Source of the DNA: Octopus vulgaris
Taxonomy: Eukaryota
Assembly: GCA_951406725.2 (NCBI GenBank)
Contig: OX597823.1
Coordinates: forward strand, 100,688,001-100,752,000
DNA: 64,000 nt
Direction: 5' to 3'
Shown here: piece after piece, positions 62,142 through 64,000 of the stretch
Layout of the letters: each line of letters opens with the position of its first letter
Numbering within the stretch: position 1 is the first letter of the stretch
Translations under genes and position numbers: made by a program
The notes under the pieces: generated by a model
Seen by the model: the letters and a program-made list of their open reading frames with translations, nothing else
Database searches by the model: none
Told to the model about the DNA's origin: nothing

Positions 62142-62345
62142 GTTTCAAATTTTGGCACAAGGACTGCAACTTTAGGGTAGGGGTAAGTTGATTATGTTGA
62201 CCCCAGTGCTCAACTAGTACTTATTTTATTGACTCTGAAAGGATGAAAGGCAAAGAGTTAACCTTGATGGAATTTGAACTCAATGTGAAATACTGCTAAG
62301 GATTTCACCCCATGTGCTAAATGATTCCGCCAGCTCACCACCTTA
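61885..62345 (-). mobile_element. Two tandem degenerate SINE copies separated by (AAT)n (62070-62140)
   Basis: Minus-strand heads aaggcggagagctggcaaaatcgtta and aaggtggtgagctggcggaatcattta. Shared body with gacccc and gaataagtac-like motifs. Confidence 0.6.
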
Positions 62346-62436
62346 CATTGTTGCCATTGAACTTCTGGATGGCTTTGGTCTCTAGGGGGTGGGGTGGCAT
62401 AGGAAGGAGACAGGCTGTTCAGTAGATCTGCTGTTA

Positions 62437-64000
62437 TAATAATAATAATAATAATAATAATGAAATTATTGTATACAGTGCTCAGGTGCACCACAACTTG
62501 TCAGAAAGTGCATATAAAGTATATGCAGTAATGTACAAATGTCTGGAAAGCGAACAATGTATGAGTCAGATACATGCTTGTGTGTGTATGGAGGAGAGAA
62601 AATCAGGTGTAGTGTTGGCGAATCTCAGGAAGCATGGAAGTTTTGAAGGATGCAGTGCTCCGACAACTAACAACTGATGCCGGCAGTTTGTTCCATGCTT
62701 CAGCAACTCTCAGCGTGAAAAAATGTTTCCTAAAGTCATGGGAGCTGTGCTGTTTTCTGACTTTGTAAACATGTCCACGGGTGCAGAGTTATTGTTTGTA
62801 AGATGGTTAATAATTTTATGGGTATCTGCCAAGTCAGCTGCCAGACGTCGGAGTTTCAATGTGTCCATGCCCAGGGAAGTAAGGCGTTCAGAATATGGCA
62901 AATGCCTGATGGAGGGTATTCTTTTGGTTGCACGTCGCTGAACAGCTTCCAGACAATTAATATCCTGGGCAAGATAGGGGTTCCAGACCGGTGATGCAAA
63001 TTCCAGGTGAGGTCTTACCATAGCTATATAAAGCCGCAGATAGATAGCCGGAGAGTGGCTCACAAAGGACTTGGTGAGTGATGCCAAGACACCCTCAGCC
63101 TTCTTGGCAATTTTGGCGATGTGTTTTGTCCAACGCAAATCGCTGTCAACAATAAGACCCAGGTCATGTTCACACAAAGACTTTTTGAGATTAGTGTTGT
63201 GGAGGGAGTAAGTGGACGCTGGGTTTCTCCTCCCAAAATGCATGGTGGTACATTTGTCCACAGCCAGCTTGAGTTGCCAGTCCATGATCCACTGCTGCAT
63301 TGTGTCCTGGTCTGCTTGCAATAGAGATCTATAGTGCACAGGATCTGACCTCTTTATTTCGAGGTACAGCTTGATGTCATCTGCATATTTCAGCACTGTG
63401 GAATTCTTTAAGTTGGCATCTATGTCATTAACATATGCAACAAACAAAAGGGGGCCAAGAACAGATCCCTGTGGTACACCAGATGTCATCTCATAGGGTG
63501 AAGAGTGCTGTCCTAGAACTGTGACAACCTCTTTTCGGCCGAAAATAAAGGACTTCAACCAGTTATAGAGTTCGTCTCTTACACCCAACACAGAGAGTTT
63601 CACCATAAGTCTTTTGTGTGGCACAGAGTTAAAAGCCTTAGCAAAGTCTAGGTAAACCACATCCACCCAGGATCCACGATCAGTGATTTGGGTAACGTCC
63701 TCAAGAAACTCGATGAGTTGATTACAGCAGCTGGAGTTAGGAATAAATCCAAATTGTGACGGCTGGATGAGGCTGTGAGACTTCCAGAAGTTCCAGAGGA
63801 TTTCCATCAGTTTGGCGATGCAGCTAGTAAGATAGTTGACAGGCGATGTGTGGTCACCTTTTTTGAACAGAGGGATAACACTGGCAGTTTTCCACTGTTC
63901 TGGAGTAACAACATTGTCAAGACAGAATTGGAAGAATAGAGAAAGTTGGCTTAGAAGAAGGTACCCACCGTGTTTGAGAAGTAGGTATGTAACACCATCG
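62437..64000 (-). mobile_element. CR1-type LINE 3' part with (ATT)n tail, running off the window (RT ORF 62710-63807)
   Basis: QFGF, VDVVYLDFAKAFNSVPH, SGVPQGSVLGPLLF, KYADDIKLY, VRPHLEFASPVWNPY, LEAVQRRATK. Confidence 0.95.

Overview
Eukaryotic, AT-rich, repeat-dominated genomic DNA. The (TA)n/(CA)n load and the tRNA-derived SINE and RTE families look like a coleoid cephalopod, probably Octopus (inference from recognition, no database search). One likely host gene is present: a 113-aa stand-alone Dpy-30/RIIa-type docking-domain protein resembling the AK5 N-terminus (32190-32531), with candidate 5' non-coding exons and an RFX X-box about 14 kb upstream. The rest is mostly mobile DNA: CR1-type, RTE and CRE-like LINE pieces, a full-length but dead mariner, a GG-ended 8-bp-TSD TIR element nested in a relative, a Helitron cluster (two copies with Pif1 helicase fragments), SINEs and many Penelope-like element (PLE) insertions. 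Three observations stand out. (1) A GIY-YIG PLE has an extra upstream ORF joined to RT-EN through an in-phase U_UUU_UUA slippery heptamer, a candidate programmed -1 frameshift. (2) Seven distinct type I hammerhead ribozyme motifs occur, including natural G3-C8 and U3-A8 covariants of the core C3-G8 pair. (3) Five unrelated hammerhead-bearing families sit in (TA)n tracts as divergent fold-back inverted pairs (0.1-9 kb). All calls were made by eye, so coordinates may be off by a few bases.
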